Assembly (NCBI GenBank): GCA_963811105.1
Contig: CAWEPZ010000011.1
Coordinates: forward strand, 448,001 to 512,000
Reading direction: 5' to 3'
DNA from: Candidatus Bathyarchaeota archaeon
GTDB taxonomy: Archaea > Thermoproteota > Bathyarchaeia > Bathyarchaeales > Bathycorpusculaceae
DNA: 64,000 nucleotides
Position 1 is the first letter of the stretch. Each line of letters starts with the position of its first letter. Positions 20,863 through 32,300 of the stretch are shown one piece after another. A program made the translations under genes and the position numbers. The notes under the pieces were generated by a model. It had not been told where the DNA came from. It made no database searches and saw only the letters and a program-made list of their open reading frames with translations.

Positions 20863-21915
20863 TTAGGAAATCAAATCCAAACTTAAGGGAGTCCCTCTGT
20901 CAATATCCTTGGCAGCACGTTTGCCAAAACAGTCCTTTAGATACTTCGGAGAAAGACCATATGCAGGTCTAATCGAACGTAAATTATCTGGAGTGAAAAG
21001 ATCGCCAGCTTTCATGTCTTGAACTACAAAAATGGATCGTCGAAAAGTTCTACTCGATTTTTCACAATCCTGAGTACAACATACTTCTGAACCAAGAGAA
21101 CTCTCAACTAATCGAAGGTCTCCTACAAGTTTCTTAAACTCAGCAGGTTCTAACGAAAAGCCACAATCTGGACCAGGAATCGCCCGAGAAAGAGTTAAAT
21201 GTTTTTCAATAATGCAAGCTCCAAGTGCAATAGAGGCAATAGAAACTTCTGGATTTAACGAGTGATCCGAAAGACCAACTGGAACCTCAAACGTCTTTGC
21301 AAGGTAGGGAATTGCACGCAAATTCATTTCATTAGAACAAGCAGGATATGAACTAGTGCACTTTAGCAAAGCAATTTCGATTGCACCCGCCTCCCTTGCA
21401 GCTAAAACAGCTTCAGATATCTCTTCAAAAGTCGCCATTCCAGTTGAAATAATAATTGGCTTTTTTGTCTGTGCCATTGCTTTAATCAATGGAATATCCA
21501 CTAACTCAAATGATGCAACTTTGTGAACAGGAACATTCATGTCTTCCAAAAAATCAAGCGATGAAAGATCAAACGCTGTTGAGAAAAAATCTAACCCTAA
21601 TTCGTTAGCAATTATTTTGAGTTTTGGCTGCCAATCCCAAGGCATGCTTGCTTCTCTATAGAGATCATAGAGAGTTCTTCCACTCCAAGGAGTACCTTCC
21701 TTTATTTTAAAAAATTCTTTGTCAGACTTCAAAGTCATAGTATCGGCTGTATACGTTTGAACCTTGACGGCATCAACTCCTACTTCTTTGGCTGCATGAA
21801 TCAACTTCACCGCTTGACCAAAGTCTTGATTATGATTAGCTGATAATTCAGCCACAATGTAAACTGGTTGACTGGTGCTGATAACGCGTTTACCGATGTG
21901 AATGTAATTAGACAT
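20863..21915 (-). CDS. pseI: Pseudaminic acid synthase (NeuB family)
   Basis: VAELSANHN, KVQTYTADT, KVASFE, LLKCTSSYP, GLSDHS, IEKHLTL, SAF domain RSIRPAYGL. Confidence 0.93.
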   Translation of the reverse strand: MSNYIHIGKRVISTSQPVYIVAELSANHNQDFGQAVKLIHAAKEVGVDAVKVQTYTADTMTLKSDKEFFKIKEGTPWSGRTLYDLYREASMPWDWQPKLKIIANELGLDFFSTAFDLSSLDFLEDMNVPVHKVASFELVDIPLIKAMAQTKKPIIISTGMATFEEISEAVLAAREAGAIEIALLKCTSSYPACSNEMNLRAIPYLAKTFEVPVGLSDHSLNPEVSIASIALGACIIEKHLTLSRAIPGPDCGFSLEPAEFKKLVGDLRLVESSLGSEVCCTQDCEKSSRTFRRSIFVVQDMKAGDLFTPDNLRSIRPAYGLSPKYLKDCFGKRAAKDIDRGTPLSLDLIS

Positions 21916-23425
21916 TGATTTCTTCTCTCTCTTTCACTAAATGAAACGAGGTATAATCTTTAATATCACATTGTCCTAAAATTTTATAATTAGCTTTTTG
22001 AAAGGCCAAGACAGAGGCTGTATTATCTATCTTTATGTAGCCATGAACTTTTTTTATCTTAGTTGAATCGAAGATTTTCTGCGTTGAAATTCTGATTATA
22101 TCACTTCCAAAGTTCCTTTTGCGGTACTCTTTTTTAACACTGACTGATATTGTCGCTTCTTCATCCTTTATCTCAAATCGAACTTGGCCTACGGATTTAT
22201 TTTCACATGTTGCAATGAAAAAAATGCAAGATGGATCGTTTAACTGTTTTCTAAACCATCTAATGTGGTCTTCCCATGGGATCATCTTTGTGGAAAAAGA
22301 TGCGGAACGAACATCCGAGTCATTTGCCAGATTCCATAAAAAAAAATCGTCGCCCTCTTGAACTCTTCTTAACTGCACACCATCGATTGCCTGTGATGAC
22401 ATAGCGCTCCTTAGTGCCTTAAGAACTCTATCGGCCCCATTTCCATCTACAAGAGTTTGAGCCCGTTGCGACATTTCACTCCTTTTTTTTGGATCACAAA
22501 GCAGCCCAGAAATATTTTCGGCGATCATTGATGGCGTTATATCTTTATGCCAACCGGCATTCACAGCGGCTCGAGCTTTGCTCAGTTCTTCAACTATTTG
22601 ACATTGGTTATCCGCAATTGCTATGGTAATCATTGGCAAACCCATAAAAGCTAACTCCCAAGTTGAAGTCCCTCCCGCCGATATAGCAATATCAGCCCAA
22701 GCCATTAAATCAGACATTTTCTCAACGTTACTCTTAAGCTCTATATTGACCTTGGATTTTTCAATCAAACACTTCATTTGGTCAGAATACTGGTTGTTTG
22801 CAACAATAATCACAACGTTTAATCGATTAAGCTCCAATTGAAGAATGGCATCATAAACTTTTCGTGTAACATTCTCAAGGTCAGAACCGCCCAAAGTAAC
22901 CAATATATTTTGAGCAAATTCAGGAATCTTTCGTTTCCATCCTTGCCAGACCAAAAATTCTTTTCGAAGAAGAGCATATCGGGTACCCAATAGCAAAGAA
23001 GTATAACTCTCTCTCTTTGAATAGAGTTTTTCAGAGGCATGGATATTTTGGTTAAGTACAATGTCGGCGTAATAATGGCTTGCACAACCATTATCGTCAA
23101 TAAGCAATAGTTTTTTGCCCTGCTCCTTAATTGACCGTTGGTATGCCACATCAAAATGGTATCCATCTAATACTATCCACGACGCAGACACTTCCTTTGA
23201 AGCCTCCACTGTCTGTTTGGCATCATCAACGCTGCCAGGAATGCAATTTAAAATTTTTATCTCAAAACCTTCCGATTCAAGGCGACCCCTCACCGAAGGA
23301 GTAATCATGCACATCACAAAAACTGAACGTTCACTAAACTTTCGAAAAATTTGCCCGAGTGCTAGACAACGCATAACATGACCAGTACCAATCTGTAGGC
23401 TAGCATCTGCCCTGAAAACAATCAA
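21908..23425 (-). CDS. pseG: PseG UDP-sugar hydrolase fused to a GNAT acetyltransferase (PseH-like)
   Basis: FRADAS..IGTGHVMRCLAL, TLGGSD, AISAGGTS.WE, DGNGA; C-terminal NDSDVRSASF, GQVRF, NTASVLAFQK. Confidence 0.9.
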   Translation of the reverse strand: MIVFRADASLQIGTGHVMRCLALGQIFRKFSERSVFVMCMITPSVRGRLESEGFEIKILNCIPGSVDDAKQTVEASKEVSASWIVLDGYHFDVAYQRSIKEQGKKLLLIDDNGCASHYYADIVLNQNIHASEKLYSKRESYTSLLLGTRYALLRKEFLVWQGWKRKIPEFAQNILVTLGGSDLENVTRKVYDAILQLELNRLNVVIIVANNQYSDQMKCLIEKSKVNIELKSNVEKMSDLMAWADIAISAGGTSTWELAFMGLPMITIAIADNQCQIVEELSKARAAVNAGWHKDITPSMIAENISGLLCDPKKRSEMSQRAQTLVDGNGADRVLKALRSAMSSQAIDGVQLRRVQEGDDFFLWNLANDSDVRSASFSTKMIPWEDHIRWFRKQLNDPSCIFFIATCENKSVGQVRFEIKDEEATISVSVKKEYRKRNFGSDIIRISTQKIFDSTKIKKVHGYIKIDNTASVLAFQKANYKILGQCDIKDYTSFHLVKEREEINV

Positions 23426-23428
23426 ATA

Positions 23429-24166
23429 CTAACTCTTCTCCAAAGCTTTCTGTTGTACATGACAATTTAGCTCAACCAAACTTTGGTCAGCCTCGCACAG
23501 ATTTAGTACCTCAGTCCAGCTGAATAAATTGTTGCAACCCAAAATTTCATAAACTCTACGAACAAATTGAAGATCTTCAGGAGTATCGACAGTCCAACGA
23601 TACTTACTCCAATCACCTGAATTAGTTACAGATAAAAGCTTGAATAAATCAGCATTTTCATAAATATATGGCGTTACATGAGCCCTATGATAGGGTTTAA
23701 ACGAATTTTTCCAAGCGATAGTTAATGCACGTAAACCAACCGCTTCAACATCCAAACCACGTGGATATGTACGATGCAATGTATTACTTGCATAATCTAT
23801 ATCCGAATTCAAAAAAGCTTGAACAACCTTATCAATAATTATTGGCTCAATCAAAGGACAATCAGCGGTTACGCGAACCCCAACTTCAGCCTTATGAAAA
23901 AGCGCAGCCTGATAAAAACGATCAAGTACATCCTCTTCGCTACCTCTAAAAACAGCGACCCCTAACTTACCACATTCATTTTCAATTAAGTCATCAACAA
24001 GTGAATCGCTTGTTGCAACAACAACCTTATCTAAAGAAGCCGCAGACATAACACGATGAACAACCCGACTAAGCATTGATTCGCCACAAATAGCCTTCAA
24101 CACTTTCCCAGGTAACCTATTACTGTTCATTCTAGCCTGGATTATTGCAACAATTCTCATGAACAT
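23429..24166 (-). CDS. SpsF-like cytidylyltransferase (PseF role inferred)
   Basis: IIQARMNSNRLPGKVL, FRGSEEDVLDRF, RVTADCP, RWTVDTPED. Confidence 0.88.
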   Translation of the reverse strand: MFMRIVAIIQARMNSNRLPGKVLKAICGESMLSRVVHRVMSAASLDKVVVATSDSLVDDLIENECGKLGVAVFRGSEEDVLDRFYQAALFHKAEVGVRVTADCPLIEPIIIDKVVQAFLNSDIDYASNTLHRTYPRGLDVEAVGLRALTIAWKNSFKPYHRAHVTPYIYENADLFKLLSVTNSGDWSKYRWTVDTPEDLQFVRRVYEILGCNNLFSWTEVLNLCEADQSLVELNCHVQQKALEKS

Positions 24167-25326
24167 TTCTCCAAGACTTTCTTGACTTCCTTTATCACGC
24201 GGTTGACATCATTATCTGACATCCCAGGAAAAATTGGTATAGAAAGGATTCTTTCGTAAGCAGACTCTGCAACTGGACATAAACCCACTGAAGTCCCAAA
24301 GTTTACTTTGTAATAAGGGTGCAAATGAACAGGAATATAATGCACGTTCACGCCAATCCCAGCATTCCTCAAGGATGAAAAAATCTGTGACTTACTCAAT
24401 TTAAGTTTATCAATGGATAACTGAACAACATATAAATGATAAACATGAAAAGCATCTTCGTTCACCTTCAAGGCTTTCACGCACGATTCACCACGAAAAC
24501 CTTCATCATACATTTTGGCAATTTCTCGCCTTCTTTCAATCCAACCCCCGAGCTTTCTTAACTGACTTAAACCTAAGGCACACTGAATATCTGTCAACCG
24601 ATAATTATAACCAAGATCCACCATCTCATAAAACCAAGTTCCAGCCTCAGCTCTTTGACGATAATCAGTCTGAATGCCGTGATTGCGAAACCGTCGCATC
24701 TTATTCGCGTAGTCTACATTATCGGTAACAACCATTCCACCCTCTCCTGTAGTTATGTGCTTTACGGGATGGAAACTAAAAACGGTAAGATCCGCCAAAG
24801 AACCAATCCAATCACCTCGATATTTGGCTCCAAGAGCATGACAAGCATCTGAAATAAGAATCAAGTTATTTTTTTCAGCAATCTTGCTCAAAGCATCATA
24901 ATTACATGGCTGTCCAGCATAGTCAACCGCAATTATAGCTCGGGTTTTGGGATTAATCTTCTCTTTTAATTTCAAAGGGTCTATCAATAATGTATCCGGT
25001 TCTATATCAACAAAAACGGGAGTTCCCCCTTGATACACCACAGAGTTAGCAGTCGCAACAAAAGTCATTGGCGGCACAAGAACTTCGGCTCCATTGATAA
25101 TGTTTGAAGCAAACGCAGCCGCATGCAAACCAGCAGTTCCACTTGAAAAAGCCACTGCATACTTAGCACCCACAAGTTCTGCAACTGCTTTTTCAAAAGC
25201 CTCAACCATCGGACCTGTAGTTAACCAATCGGAACGCAAAACATTTGTTACTGCTTTAATATCTTCTTCGTCAATCGATTGCTTACCATACGGTATAAAA
25301 TCTAGCATCACATGACCCCCAAGCAA
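24157..25326 (-). CDS. pseC: UDP-4-amino-4,6-dideoxy-N-acetyl-L-altrosamine transaminase
   Basis: IPYGKQSI, WLTTGP, DACHALGA, FSFHPVKHITTGEGG, LGYNYRLTDIQCALG. Confidence 0.92.
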   Translation of the reverse strand: MLGGHVMLDFIPYGKQSIDEEDIKAVTNVLRSDWLTTGPMVEAFEKAVAELVGAKYAVAFSSGTAGLHAAAFASNIINGAEVLVPPMTFVATANSVVYQGGTPVFVDIEPDTLLIDPLKLKEKINPKTRAIIAVDYAGQPCNYDALSKIAEKNNLILISDACHALGAKYRGDWIGSLADLTVFSFHPVKHITTGEGGMVVTDNVDYANKMRRFRNHGIQTDYRQRAEAGTWFYEMVDLGYNYRLTDIQCALGLSQLRKLGGWIERRREIAKMYDEGFRGESCVKALKVNEDAFHVYHLYVVQLSIDKLKLSKSQIFSSLRNAGIGVNVHYIPVHLHPYYKVNFGTSVGLCPVAESAYERILSIPIFPGMSDNDVNRVIKEVKKVLEKCS

Positions 25327-25329
25327 AAG

Positions 25330-26298
25330 TTACTTAACTAGCTTCCTTAATTCTCCGACAGAAATTTTTTCAATATTAGTATTACTTGAATACCGAAAAC
25401 CTTCAGGCAATTTTTCACCATTTAACCAGTTTTTCGCGTTCCACCAAGCATGAAGAGGCTCAATGACATACATATCGTCTAATTCTACCGTATGCCATGA
25501 CTCATCTTCACCAACCAATGTCTCATGAAGCTTTTCTCCAGGCCGAATACCAATGAATTTGACTTCACATTTTGGCGCTATAGCCTCAACTAAGTCCATT
25601 ATATTCATACTGGGGATCTTAGGAATGAAAACTTCACCGCCATTCATTTTTTCAATACAATTAATAACAAACCTAACACCTTGTTCCAAGTCAATCCAGA
25701 AACGCGTCATACGAGCATCGGTCACAGTGACACAACCATTGTTTCGTTGCTGCACAAAAAGAGGAATTACACTACCCCTGCTTCCCACAACATTACCATA
25801 ACGAACGCATGAAAATCTGGTCGGCTTTTCTCCACTGTATGAATTAGCTTGAACAAGAAGCTTCTCAGCCACGAGTTTAGTAGCTCCATATAAGTTGACT
25901 GGATTTACTGCCTTATCAGTACTAAGGCCAATAACTCTCTCAACATCTGTATCTAGTGCTGCATCAATTACATTTCTTGCTCCCATCACATTTGTCATAA
26001 TAGCCTCTATGGGATTGTATTCACATGCAGGAACTTGCTTAAGAGCTGCTGCATGAACAACCACATCCACTTCATTCATTGCCCGATTCAGTCGCGATTC
26101 ATCTCTGACATCACCGATAAAGAAACGTAATGCAGGGTCATCGTATCCGCTGGTTTGCATTTCATGTTGTTTTAATTCATCTCTACTAAAAACTATTAAC
26201 TTTTTTGGATGAAAGTCACGAAGCATAACCTTTATGAACATTTTCCCAAACGAACCGGTACCACCAGTTACCATCACAACCTTGTTTTCCCAAAACAC
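25330..26298 (-). CDS. pseB: UDP-GlcNAc 4,6-dehydratase (inverting)
   Basis: TGGTGSFG, SRDELKQ, HAAALKQVP, STDKA..P.NLYGATK, RYGNVVGSRGSV, MTRF, GIRPGEKLHE. Confidence 0.95.
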   Translation of the reverse strand: MFWENKVVMVTGGTGSFGKMFIKVMLRDFHPKKLIVFSRDELKQHEMQTSGYDDPALRFFIGDVRDESRLNRAMNEVDVVVHAAALKQVPACEYNPIEAIMTNVMGARNVIDAALDTDVERVIGLSTDKAVNPVNLYGATKLVAEKLLVQANSYSGEKPTRFSCVRYGNVVGSRGSVIPLFVQQRNNGCVTVTDARMTRFWIDLEQGVRFVINCIEKMNGGEVFIPKIPSMNIMDLVEAIAPKCEVKFIGIRPGEKLHETLVGEDESWHTVELDDMYVIEPLHAWWNAKNWLNGEKLPEGFRYSSNTNIEKISVGELRKLVK

Positions 26299-26383
26299 CT
26301 ACATTACCTTCCAAAACCAAAGACTACATATTGTAAGCAAATCTTCAGTCATTTTAATCATCATTATAGGCATATGCAACAAC

Positions 26384-26974
26384 CTATTTCTCAAATAGCC
26401 ACCAATGAGTTCTATCAAACCCATCAGCCTTATCCCAATACCCTGATCTAACAATCGTTATTTGTGGATAACGTTCCTCAAAATGTTTCTTAAAATCTCT
26501 TTTCCATAGCACATCATTATGTCCATGATAAGGTATCACTGTCTCTTCTTGCGCATAATACTCAATTACTAACAAGTATTTGCTAGATGCACGATACAAT
26601 TCGTCAATTGCTTTTGGCAGATCTTCTAAACTAATATGTATCAAAACGCCGCTCGTAAAAACCAAATCAAAATATCCATCTTTGAATGGTATATCGAATA
26701 TATTTCCCTGAAGGATTGCCAATTTATTATCTAATCTGCCCTGCAACACTGCATATTTCGATGGCTCTAACCCAATCAATTGATAATCACCAATTCTTGA
26801 GAGAGCTACGAGGTTATGACCCACGTTGCAGCCAACTTCTAAAATCTTATTAATTTTAAGATCGCCAACCATGGATCTAAACGCGTTAACTCGGGTCTCA
26901 GGATCGATAACATTTCTATTTGTATATTCAACCCCAAAATCAGAGCCCCATAGTTTTATTTTCTCTTCTTTCAT
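26384..26974 (-). CDS. Pseudaminic-acid-biosynthesis-associated SAM methyltransferase
   Basis: W..DFG.EY..RN, LEVGCNVG.NL, FTSGVLIHI, LWKRDF, WWLFEK. Confidence 0.85.
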   Translation of the reverse strand: MKEEKIKLWGSDFGVEYTNRNVIDPETRVNAFRSMVGDLKINKILEVGCNVGHNLVALSRIGDYQLIGLEPSKYAVLQGRLDNKLAILQGNIFDIPFKDGYFDLVFTSGVLIHISLEDLPKAIDELYRASSKYLLVIEYYAQEETVIPYHGHNDVLWKRDFKKHFEERYPQITIVRSGYWDKADGFDRTHWWLFEK

Positions 26975-27078
26975 AGTGACGACCCAATGGGCACCTATAT
27001 GAAACGTAAGTATTTTAGTTATTCCATAAAATTGCAGACTTTAAAGAAAAAAAGAAAAAATGGAAAACGTTGGTTATG

Positions 27079-28272
27079 CTATTTGCTGGCTTCTTTTTCC
27101 TTGACCTCGACGAATGGTGGGAGAGAGACATAACTTGTTGGATTTTCTAGCTTCCACAAAGGATTTTTCAGTATCCACGTTCCATCAACATTTTCAAATA
27201 TTTCTTTGTTCCAGAACTTTTCAACAATATCCCAAAATTGTCTTGGCTGATAACCCATGAAATTAATAAAGTCCTGCATTGCTAACTTATCCAATCTATG
27301 ATCGTATTTCATTACTAGCTTTATCGCTTCTGCCCTTGTTATCTTGCCACCTCTAATCCATCTACAGGTTATATCAGTAGCTCGTCCAAAACCAAACTTG
27401 GGATATTTCATCCAAAGATGAACAATATAAGAAATTGAGTCTATCTGACCATAATCCTCAACATTTCCTTCTCTTCGCCATTCATGAACTAAATCTATAA
27501 ATCCATAACGTTTCGCTATCTGATAATTTCTCTCATCATCCCAAGGTGTGAAATAACTCATAAAGATAGGCTCCGGCTTTACTCTATTAACATCAGCTTG
27601 CGACGGAGGAATAATGGCATTCATTTCAGACTTAGAAAGCCCGCGGGTTAACCAGAAATCACAAATTTCTTTGCCAAGCTTTTCGGCTGCAGCGCTGTGT
27701 CCTGCCGCTATATATTTTTTGGCGCTGTAATCTTCTTTATCTGTTGTTCCATACTCGAATGCTGCATTTTCACCAAAAACGATTAAAGGTATATTCATGG
27801 ACACCGCAATTTTGTAAGGAGCTGTATAAATTGCTGCTTCAACAAAACGCAACGGCTCCCCAAGTTCTTCAAAACCTATCCTCGTCACTCTTCTAAAAAG
27901 ATCAATGCTCAAATTGAAAAGTATCATGTCACAATTGAAAGCAGATCCCAAATTCGCAAAGTTCTTTTGACCTGTAACGGTTTTCGTGAATGGATCAGCC
28001 ACAGTTATTAGAAGCGGATTCATCCCCATTTTTTCCTTCATAATATAAACTAAATAGTGACTATCTTTTCCTCCACTCACGGGAATAACACAATCGTAAT
28101 ACCCATCTTTCCTTCGGTATTTATCACATAAAGCCTTTAGTTCTGCCCATCTTTTTGACCAGTCAACTTTTTTCTTCTCTTCCTGGTTCAAACATGCTTG
28201 ACATAGTCCTTCTTTACTCATAATGGTGTGAGGACGGGTATCTGGCATTAAACATCTAGTACAATATTTCAC
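27079..28272 (-). CDS. N-acetyl sugar amidotransferase (WbuX/PseA family)
   Basis: YCTRCLMPDTRP, C.AC, YDCVIPVSGGKDS PP-loop, KYPKFGFGRATD. Confidence 0.9.
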   Translation of the reverse strand: MKYCTRCLMPDTRPHTIMSKEGLCQACLNQEEKKKVDWSKRWAELKALCDKYRRKDGYYDCVIPVSGGKDSHYLVYIMKEKMGMNPLLITVADPFTKTVTGQKNFANLGSAFNCDMILFNLSIDLFRRVTRIGFEELGEPLRFVEAAIYTAPYKIAVSMNIPLIVFGENAAFEYGTTDKEDYSAKKYIAAGHSAAAEKLGKEICDFWLTRGLSKSEMNAIIPPSQADVNRVKPEPIFMSYFTPWDDERNYQIAKRYGFIDLVHEWRREGNVEDYGQIDSISYIVHLWMKYPKFGFGRATDITCRWIRGGKITRAEAIKLVMKYDHRLDKLAMQDFINFMGYQPRQFWDIVEKFWNKEIFENVDGTWILKNPLWKLENPTSYVSLPPFVEVKEKEASK

Positions 28273-28379
28273 TTATTTTTCCTCCGATTGTATTATTATT
28301 TGGATAAATACTAAACGGGTGTCTTAAAAGTCTTTCTCTATTCCATACAAACAGCAATTTTAACTTATCAGAGACTTAA

Positions 28380-29366
28380 TTAGGAATCTTTTTCCAATAT
28401 GAGATGAATTATTCCTCTGTTTATATTATTCGCAAGAGTATCAAAGTCAACATCCAACTCGTAACTAATCCCGCTTAAATTCTTTCTTTTAAAACTATTA
28501 ATCAACTTATAGGTCGCTTCCAGCCCAAAGTAGCTAACAAGCGGATAAAAGCCACGTGGCATTTCATCTATGACCAACGAAAGCCAAAAACCATGTCTTT
28601 TAAAATTCTTAAAAAGTTGTCTAACATGATCTCTTCCGAACGGAGGAATAACATGAAGCTCCATACAAATAGTGTTAATTCGTTCAGGGATATCGCCACC
28701 AAGCATAAAATATTCATGCCCTTCCAAATCCAGTCTGATCAAATCGATAGGAAACTTTTCAGCCAAATTAGAAAGAGGTAATGCATGAACAGTAATCTCC
28801 TTAAAAATCTCATGCCCGCCATCCTTTAACAACTCAGCTTGAGAGGAAGTGACGTTAAATTTTTTGGCCACATAGAGTTTTAACATTTCCTCTTTATCAG
28901 ACATCGCAACATTGAGAGAAGTTGCATTACCGTATTTTTCAAGAGTTTTTGATAAGAAAGAAAAAGTCAAAGGAACAGGTTCAACAGCTATTACATGTTT
29001 AGCGCCGGCCTGAAGTTCAACCAATGGAAAATATCCAAGATTGCTCCCAATATCAAGAACGAAAAGCTTTTTCCGTTTAATCTTATTAAAAATAGCAAAT
29101 GTATTTAATGGTTCCCGAAAGCCATAAAGATAAAACTCTTTTGAAAAACCTTCATCAACCGGGTTCAAAAGTAATCTCGATTCAGAATCGGAATGCAAAT
29201 TCAATGCACTAAAATTAATTTTTCTCCAGACTTCATTTGTAATCCTAACACTGCCTTTTCTGAGATTATAATATTCTTCCATTAATTGAAGTGAGAATCT
29301 TTGAGCAAACGATAATACCCCATCAGCACCGTTTTCTTTAATTATTTCTTTTGTAAGGGATATCAT
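28380..29366 (-). CDS. FkbM-family methyltransferase
   Basis: VLDIGSNLGY, AVEPVP, LIRLDLEGHE, MELH. Confidence 0.85.
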   Translation of the reverse strand: MISLTKEIIKENGADGVLSFAQRFSLQLMEEYYNLRKGSVRITNEVWRKINFSALNLHSDSESRLLLNPVDEGFSKEFYLYGFREPLNTFAIFNKIKRKKLFVLDIGSNLGYFPLVELQAGAKHVIAVEPVPLTFSFLSKTLEKYGNATSLNVAMSDKEEMLKLYVAKKFNVTSSQAELLKDGGHEIFKEITVHALPLSNLAEKFPIDLIRLDLEGHEYFMLGGDIPERINTICMELHVIPPFGRDHVRQLFKNFKRHGFWLSLVIDEMPRGFYPLVSYFGLEATYKLINSFKRKNLSGISYELDVDFDTLANNINRGIIHLILEKDS

Positions 29367-32300
29367 CCGCTTTCCATTTCCTGAATGTTAAAGTGCCTAA
29401 AAAGATTATGCTTATTATTAGAAAAATATTAGGAAGTGAAAAGAAAACATCCTTCCAAGGCATCACATCAACAATAGGATTACTTTGAACAATCTTAACG
29501 TACTCACCTGTAAAATTGTCCATGAACACATATTTATTATCACTATAACCAATTCTAAAATTTATATCTCCGACAAGTTCTACGCCATATGTCCAAGCCG
29601 AAGAATCAGATGGTAATGAAATTTGGGAAAAAGCAATTGTTCCATTAACAATTAACTGAGGTTTTAGTAAAACGAGTTCTGCCGAGGTTGACTCGATCAC
29701 TACTGAGCCATCATTAATCGAATAATTCTCATTTCCCGAATAGACTTCAATTCTAGACCCTTTGCTAACAGTCATTCTAATTGAGCTATTTTCATACTTA
29801 AGCGGAACATAAGATGGAATAGCATTATCATCTAAACCAGTTGAATTGCATAAGTTAGACTTGACTTCTATGCTGGCAGAACCCGAAATGCTGACTGAAT
29901 TAATTTTTGTATTATTAATTGTGGTCTGCCCCACATTACTATTAATAAGCAATTTTTCTGCCATAATTGGTTGCTCTATCAGATACGAACCTGAGATATT
30001 TGCATTAGTGGTAATGTTACCCTCTGCTAAGAAATCGTTCGTTCCATAGGTATCATATTTGCCTATCCACCTGTTCTTCAATGGTTCTCTTGATAGACCT
30101 CCATAACTCTCAGGAAAATGAATACCGTCTTCTTCAAGGGCATTTTTGACAATTGTAACTAATTCACTATTTGCGATCCATCCCTTGTTTCCTGTTTCTA
30201 TCGCTTGATAGATAGGATCAACGTAAACATATAAGACAGTTCCGTTTCCAATCTTTTTTTCAGCGATAAAAGGAGATACATTGCTACCATTCAGTGAATA
30301 ATAGCTCAAGACGTGAACATCACTATCAATACGATAACTAAGTGGCTTAACGCTTAATGTTTTAATTGGATACGTTACAAAGTTAGTACTTATTCCGTTG
30401 GCAGTTGAATTTGCATGATAATTGACTCCGCCAAAAAACAAGCCAAATGAGTTAAACATTTCACCTTGCCCACCCATTACAACAAATGTGCCACCGCCAC
30501 TTATCCAATCAAGCAAAGCTGGACTTTTGACACCATAAGAACTATGTTCATTTATGGCAAGATCGGATGGCGCAATTATTGTTGATTTGTTATAAAAATC
30601 ATCATTTACCAATTGATAAGAAGAATTCAAGGATGCCATAATTAGGTATGATAACAGGGTATTGTTGCTGTACTGCAATGGAGAAAGGTACCCGAAACTG
30701 GATTCGGACGGCGACTCCAAGTATGGTAAACTGTAAAGTGAGAAACGTGAGTTATTAAGTACTAACGGGAGATAATTAATGAAGTCACGGTTAACAGACG
30801 GACCAGCAACCTCCTTATCTATACAAACAAAACCTATGTCCGATGAAAGCAAAGCTATTGTTTCAGGACGGGACGAAAGTATGAAGTCTGGATAAATTGC
30901 AGGTACCGCTGTTGTACCTCCCGCCAGTTTTATTATGGCATTAGACATGTCACCTAAAGTAGCCACTCGTGAAGTAATCGAAACATTTTGTTTAACGAAG
31001 TTAGCCAATTCGAGATTTTCAGAGGTCGCATAAGCCGACCCGAACGGAGTCGCATTTGAAGACATCCAATACTCTGAAGCAATAATTGTACTTGGAACCC
31101 CGAGAATGATTGCTGATAAAAATAGAACAATAGAAAGACGGCGCAAACTAATCTTATGGGAGTTTTCAATTCTTTGCCTATGATAAACTATGTGAAAGTC
31201 AGTATTCTTCAAGATGCGCATTATCTTGAATAATCCCCATCCACCAAGAATAGAAGTAGCTATCGGCAAGATTCTGTATATCAGCCTCCACTCTTTAGTT
31301 CCAGTATTAAAGAAATTGAGATTCAGAAAAGAAACGACAATGCCTAAGATAATCGTTAGAACTGCAACAAGTACAAAAAAGGACAAAGACCGATACTTTT
31401 CAAACTTCATGAATAAACCTGCTAAAGAAAGAGCGCCAACAATCCCAAAACTCAAAGGATAATAATACCAAGGAAAGGTAAATCCTAAGTAGACTACAGC
31501 GTCACCATAATACATGTGTGAATAGCCGTACGAGACAAGAACTATTACAGAAAGTAAATAGAAATAACAAACCAATAGTAACGTGAATTTCTTAAAAAAT
31601 CCATAATTGTTTATAAAACTTGGAAGCTTTAGTTGCAAATACTTTCTAAGATAGGTATAGAGTAAGAGCACACCGAGAATAGCAGCGACTAAGAGATAGT
31701 TAAGCTCAAAAGGAATTATCAACAAAGTTGGCGATGATAACCCTATAACCAGAGTAAGTAGAATACCCAGTGCTAGAGCCACTATATTCTCTCTTACCTC
31801 ATGCAACTTCTTTTTGCTCAAAAGGACATAAGCTGGTAGAAATACGAAAAAGAACGCCAAAGTTGTCTCGATATGAGCCAAGAAAGCAAAAGCAGCTATA
31901 AGTCCAATCAAAAACATTCTGGGTATTGAATTCAATTTACTCTTGAATAAGTACAGCAGCATAAAGATTGAGACAAGAGCTAAAACATAAGTTTTGAAGC
32001 CTTCAGGAATACTGCCCTGAGGCTGAGAAATATCATTTAAAACCTTAGGACCATAATCTATCAAGATCCCGTACAGATTTTCTGGACTATATTGCTGTAA
32101 TCCTAAACTAATCTTTTGGCTAACAAAGGGTATCCAGCCAAAACCAGAAACTGCAGAATAGATTAATGTTGACAAAAGAGTTACTTTCTTGCTTTTTATG
32201 TAACTTGAAGCCATACAGTAAAAAGACAGAGGCACCAAAGATGCAAATATAAGGCTATTTATCATCATTGCATTTACTGATGGAAATCCAGAAAAACGGA

